Shown here piece after piece: positions 61,337-64,000 of a DNA stretch of 64,000 bases. The number at the start of each line of letters is the position of its first letter. The first letter of the stretch is position 1. A model generated the notes under the pieces. The model saw only the letters and a program-made list of their open reading frames with translations, searched no databases and was not told the origin of the DNA. Origin of the DNA: an uncultured Alphaproteobacteria bacterium (GTDB lineage Bacteria; Pseudomonadota; Alphaproteobacteria; HIMB59; GCA-002718135); assembly GCA_902521315.1 (NCBI GenBank), contig CABYRH010000004.1, positions 32,249-96,248 on the forward strand. The letters run 5' to 3'. Made by a program: the position numbers and the translations under genes.

Positions 61337-61744
61337 ATGCAAACCCTTAAATTAATTTCGGTACTTGTAATATTATGTATTGGACATAGTATTCATGCAG
61401 CAGAAGTTGATATTTTTAAAGGTATGAAACTATATGCTGAAAATTGTGCAGGTTGTCATATGGGTAATTTAGCAGGTCATGAAGAGTGGGATAAATCGTT
61501 AGATGAAGATGGTCATAGAAGAGCACCTCCTCTTAATGGCACTGGGCATACTTGGCACCACTCTCCTGCACAATTATTTCATGTCATTAAATATGGTTTT
61601 AAAAAATCAAATCCTGATTATGAAGGTAAAATGCTTGGTAATGATGCGTTATCAGATGACGATGTTTGGTCTATTCTTGAATTTATCAAAAGTACATGGC
61701 CAGAAAAAATACTAAATAAATATAACTCCCATTTTAAAAGCTAA
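61337..61744 (+). CDS. Periplasmic mono-haem c-type cytochrome
   Basis: Signal peptide and the CxxCH motif 'CAGCHM'. Confidence 0.75.
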   Translation: MQTLKLISVLVILCIGHSIHAAEVDIFKGMKLYAENCAGCHMGNLAGHEEWDKSLDEDGHRRAPPLNGTGHTWHHSPAQLFHVIKYGFKKSNPDYEGKMLGNDALSDDDVWSILEFIKSTWPEKILNKYNSHFKS

Positions 61745-61795
61745 GATTATTGAAGCAAATCTTCAATTTTAATATTTAAGATATATATTATTATT

Positions 61796-62713
61796 ATGAA
61801 AATTTTAGGATCTGAAATCACACCCTATAAGACATATTTAAATAGACGTAAGTTTATAAAGGGATCTTTAGCTAGCGCCATGCTAGCAACGGTTACTTCA
61901 TCAGCATTTGCAAACCACGATAGTGATCTTTCAATTTATACAAAAAATCTAAATGAAAACGACAAACTTAATTCTTACGAAGAAATCACAACTTACAATA
62001 ATTTTTATGAGTTTGGGACTCATAAAAAACATCCCCATTTAAATTCTGGAAATTTTAAACCTAGGCCATGGACAATAAAAATAGATGGTCTTGTGAAAAA
62101 ACCTCAAACATTTGATTTAGAAAAAATTTTATCAAATGTAACAATAGAAGATAGGGTTTATAGATTAAGATGTGTTGAAGCATGGTCCATGGTTATTCCT
62201 TGGCAAGGTTTTCAGTTATCTCAACTTATAAAAATGGCTGAACCTTTAAGTTCAGCAAAATATGTTCAGTTTGTAACTGTCTTCAGACCTGAAGAAATGC
62301 CAGGTCAGCAAAAGAGAACAATTATTTGGCCATATAGAGAAGGTCTTCGAATGGATGAAGCAATGAATCCTTTAACAATATTAGCAACCGGATTGTATGG
62401 TCATGAAATGCCTAATCAAAATGGTGCACCCATAAGATTAGTTGTTCCATGGAAGTATGGTTTCAAATCAATTAAATCAATTGTGGAAATTAGATTTTTA
62501 GATACTCAACCTGAAACATCTTGGGAAACTTTAGCTCCTTGGGAATATGGTTTTTATGCTAATGTTAATCCTAATGTTAATCATCCAAGATGGAGTCAAG
62601 GAACAGAGAGACGAATTGGAGAGTTTAAAAGAAGAGAAACACTTATGTTTAATGGCTATGAAGAAGAAGTAGCACATCTCTATAAAGATTTAGATTTGAC
62701 TAAATTTTATTAA
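61796..62713 (+). CDS. msrP: Protein-methionine-sulfoxide reductase, molybdopterin catalytic subunit
   Basis: Tat signal 'RRKFIKGS'. 'YNNFYEFG' and 'RLRCVEAWSMVIPWQG'. Confidence 0.9.
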   Translation: MKILGSEITPYKTYLNRRKFIKGSLASAMLATVTSSAFANHDSDLSIYTKNLNENDKLNSYEEITTYNNFYEFGTHKKHPHLNSGNFKPRPWTIKIDGLVKKPQTFDLEKILSNVTIEDRVYRLRCVEAWSMVIPWQGFQLSQLIKMAEPLSSAKYVQFVTVFRPEEMPGQQKRTIIWPYREGLRMDEAMNPLTILATGLYGHEMPNQNGAPIRLVVPWKYGFKSIKSIVEIRFLDTQPETSWETLAPWEYGFYANVNPNVNHPRWSQGTERRIGEFKRRETLMFNGYEEEVAHLYKDLDLTKFY

Positions 62714-62716
62714 TGA

Positions 62717-63322
62717 ATGTTTTCAACAAAAAATTTTAACCGCAGCAAACCTGTCTTATTTATTTTAATTCTATTTCCTAGTCTACTTTGGGCGTACCAA
62801 TTTGTTACTGGGAATCTTGGAGTAAATCCAATTGAAAAACTAATGGATGAGTTAGGTCTAATGGCACTCAGATTAATAATAATAACTCTTATGATTACTA
62901 CTCTATCAAATATTAGACCTTTAAAATCGATAGTTGTATTACGAAGAATGATTGGACTTTTTGCTTTCTATTATGTCTGTTTGCATTTCTCAACTTACAT
63001 AGTTTTAGATCATTTTTTAGATATGCAATTTATCATACAAGATATTATAAAAAGACCATTTATAACTTTTGGTTTTATAAGTTTTCTTTTTTTAATCCCG
63101 CTTGCTAGCACTTCAACAAACAATATGATTAAAAGATTAGGTTTTAAATTATGGAAGAGAATTCATTATTTAATTTACCCAGTAGCCATTCTGGCTAGTA
63201 TGCATTTTTATGTTTTAGTTCGCGCTGATAAAACTGAACCAGTCATTTATATGGGAATAATTATCCTCTTGTTACTTCACAGAATATTTAAAAGACTTAC
63301 TCGTCCTCAGTTGGTTCAGTGA
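62717..63322 (+). CDS. msrQ: Protein-methionine-sulfoxide reductase, haem-binding membrane subunit
   Basis: Six TM helices, 'RRMIGLFAFYYVCLHF' and 'KRLGFKLWKRIHYLIY'. Confidence 0.85.
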   Translation: MFSTKNFNRSKPVLFILILFPSLLWAYQFVTGNLGVNPIEKLMDELGLMALRLIIITLMITTLSNIRPLKSIVVLRRMIGLFAFYYVCLHFSTYIVLDHFLDMQFIIQDIIKRPFITFGFISFLFLIPLASTSTNNMIKRLGFKLWKRIHYLIYPVAILASMHFYVLVRADKTEPVIYMGIIILLLLHRIFKRLTRPQLVQ

Positions 63323-64000
63323 CGGGGTTCATTTCCATACCAGCAGGACTAATATTTCGCGGTAAAGGATTATATTGTGATTCAAGATCTCGCGGTTTAG
63401 TTCTTTGTGTCATTCTATACAAACCAAACAGTCCTAGTAGTCCGTGTATTAAAAATAAATAGATGTAAAAACCTACCGCTCCCAAAATTTCCATGAATCC
63501 AGAAACAAACAAAGGTCCGATAATTGATCCAATACCAATAAGTATGCCAAAAGTTGCACTTGCTGATACTATCTCATTAGGTTGTAAGAAGTCATTTGTA
63601 TGAGCAACCGTAAGTGAATACATTGGTAAACATGCAACTGAAAAAAGACCAGTAAAAATTAAGAACAATGTTAGCGGCATAAAGTTTGCAAAAACAAAAA
63701 ATAAACTCAAACCTGAAGCTATAAAAGAAACACCAATAAGAATAACACGTCTATCAATTCTATCTGACAAATATCCAATAGGCCATTGAGATAGGGCGCC
63801 AGCTGACGTTATAATCATCATATACAGAGAAATTTCAAATAAGCTTAAATTAATAGATGATGCATAAATTGCACCGTATCCAAAAACTGCACTATGCGAT
63901 AAACCAGTTGCTAACGCACCAACAAAACCTAAAGGTGAAACAGTATAAAATTCTCTTAAAGAAAAAAATTTAGGACTTTCTGTATTAGGCTGTTCTGTTG
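63297..64000 (-). CDS. MFS transporter, C-terminal part (N-terminus lies beyond the window)
   Basis: I translated 63822-63998 by hand: the frame stays open to the window edge (TEQPNTESPKFFSLREFYTVSPLGFVGA...). Hydrophobic helices and a 'GYLSDRIDRR' loop. Confidence 0.7.
   Translation of the reverse strand, partial: TEQPNTESPKFFSLREFYTVSPLGFVGALATGLSHSAVFGYGAIYASSINLSLFEISLYMMIITSAGALSQWPIGYLSDRIDRRVILIGVSFIASGLSLFFVFANFMPLTLFLIFTGLFSVACLPMYSLTVAHTNDFLQPNEIVSASATFGILIGIGSIIGPLFVSGFMEILGAVGFYIYLFLIHGLLGLFGLYRMTQRTKPRDLESQYNPLPRNISPAGMEMNPVTEPTEDE

Overview
Very AT-rich, very gene-dense chromosomal segment. It holds 70 CDS in 64 kb, two of them truncated by the window edges. From the ORF coordinates there are 23 same-strand start/stop overlaps, 7 of 10 convergent gene pairs overlap at their 3' ends, and one divergent pair overlaps head-to-head. 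Synteny is alphaproteobacterial: Tim44-like/Smr, hslVU beside hisBH-AFE, rph-rdgB opposite hrcA-grpE, dnaKJ-dapB, and BON-rsmI-LpoA-like. Composition, compaction and gene content fit a streamlined marine Pelagibacterales (SAR11)-like genome, but that assignment is inference only. Content is core: heat-shock genes (hslVU, hrcA-grpE, dnaKJ, ibpA), histidine biosynthesis, pyruvate carboxylase, and a marked concentration of nucleoside/nucleobase salvage (upp, BMP-type ABC importer, cdd-punA-deoA, add, PfkB kinase). Also present are katG, cysS-thrS-hemB-hisI-ribA, a pabBAC-folPBK folate operon, a DUF1800/DUF1501 pair, a ferric-iron ABC system, msrPQ, and an envelope-lipid module (tandem PAP2 + GT-C glycosyltransferase). 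I recognise no rRNA, tRNA, CRISPR array, transposase, integrase or phage block. Candidates worth follow-up, best first: (1) a divergent TrpF-family gene overlapping the end of a folate operon that lacks folE/folQ, with a stand-alone ribA 9 kb away, which may be a hard-wired RibA+TrpF bypass of the first pterin steps; (2) a fused double-PAP2 phosphatase chained to an ArnT-like GT-C enzyme and a DUF3108-like protein; (3) an orphan T4-type lysozyme with an intact catalytic triad and no signal peptide, embedded between Tim44-like and Smr genes; (4) a GNAT gene translationally coupled inside the his operon; (5) regulatory RNA/DNA elements visible by eye, namely two sigma32-type promoters with identical geometry, a ROSE-like RNA thermometer on ibpA, a start-codon-occluding hairpin in the nucleoside ABC operon, a 9-5-9 palindrome upstream of fbpA, and a 209-bp non-coding region upstream of pyc with a repeated motif. 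All functional calls rest on motif recognition by eye. No database search was possible.
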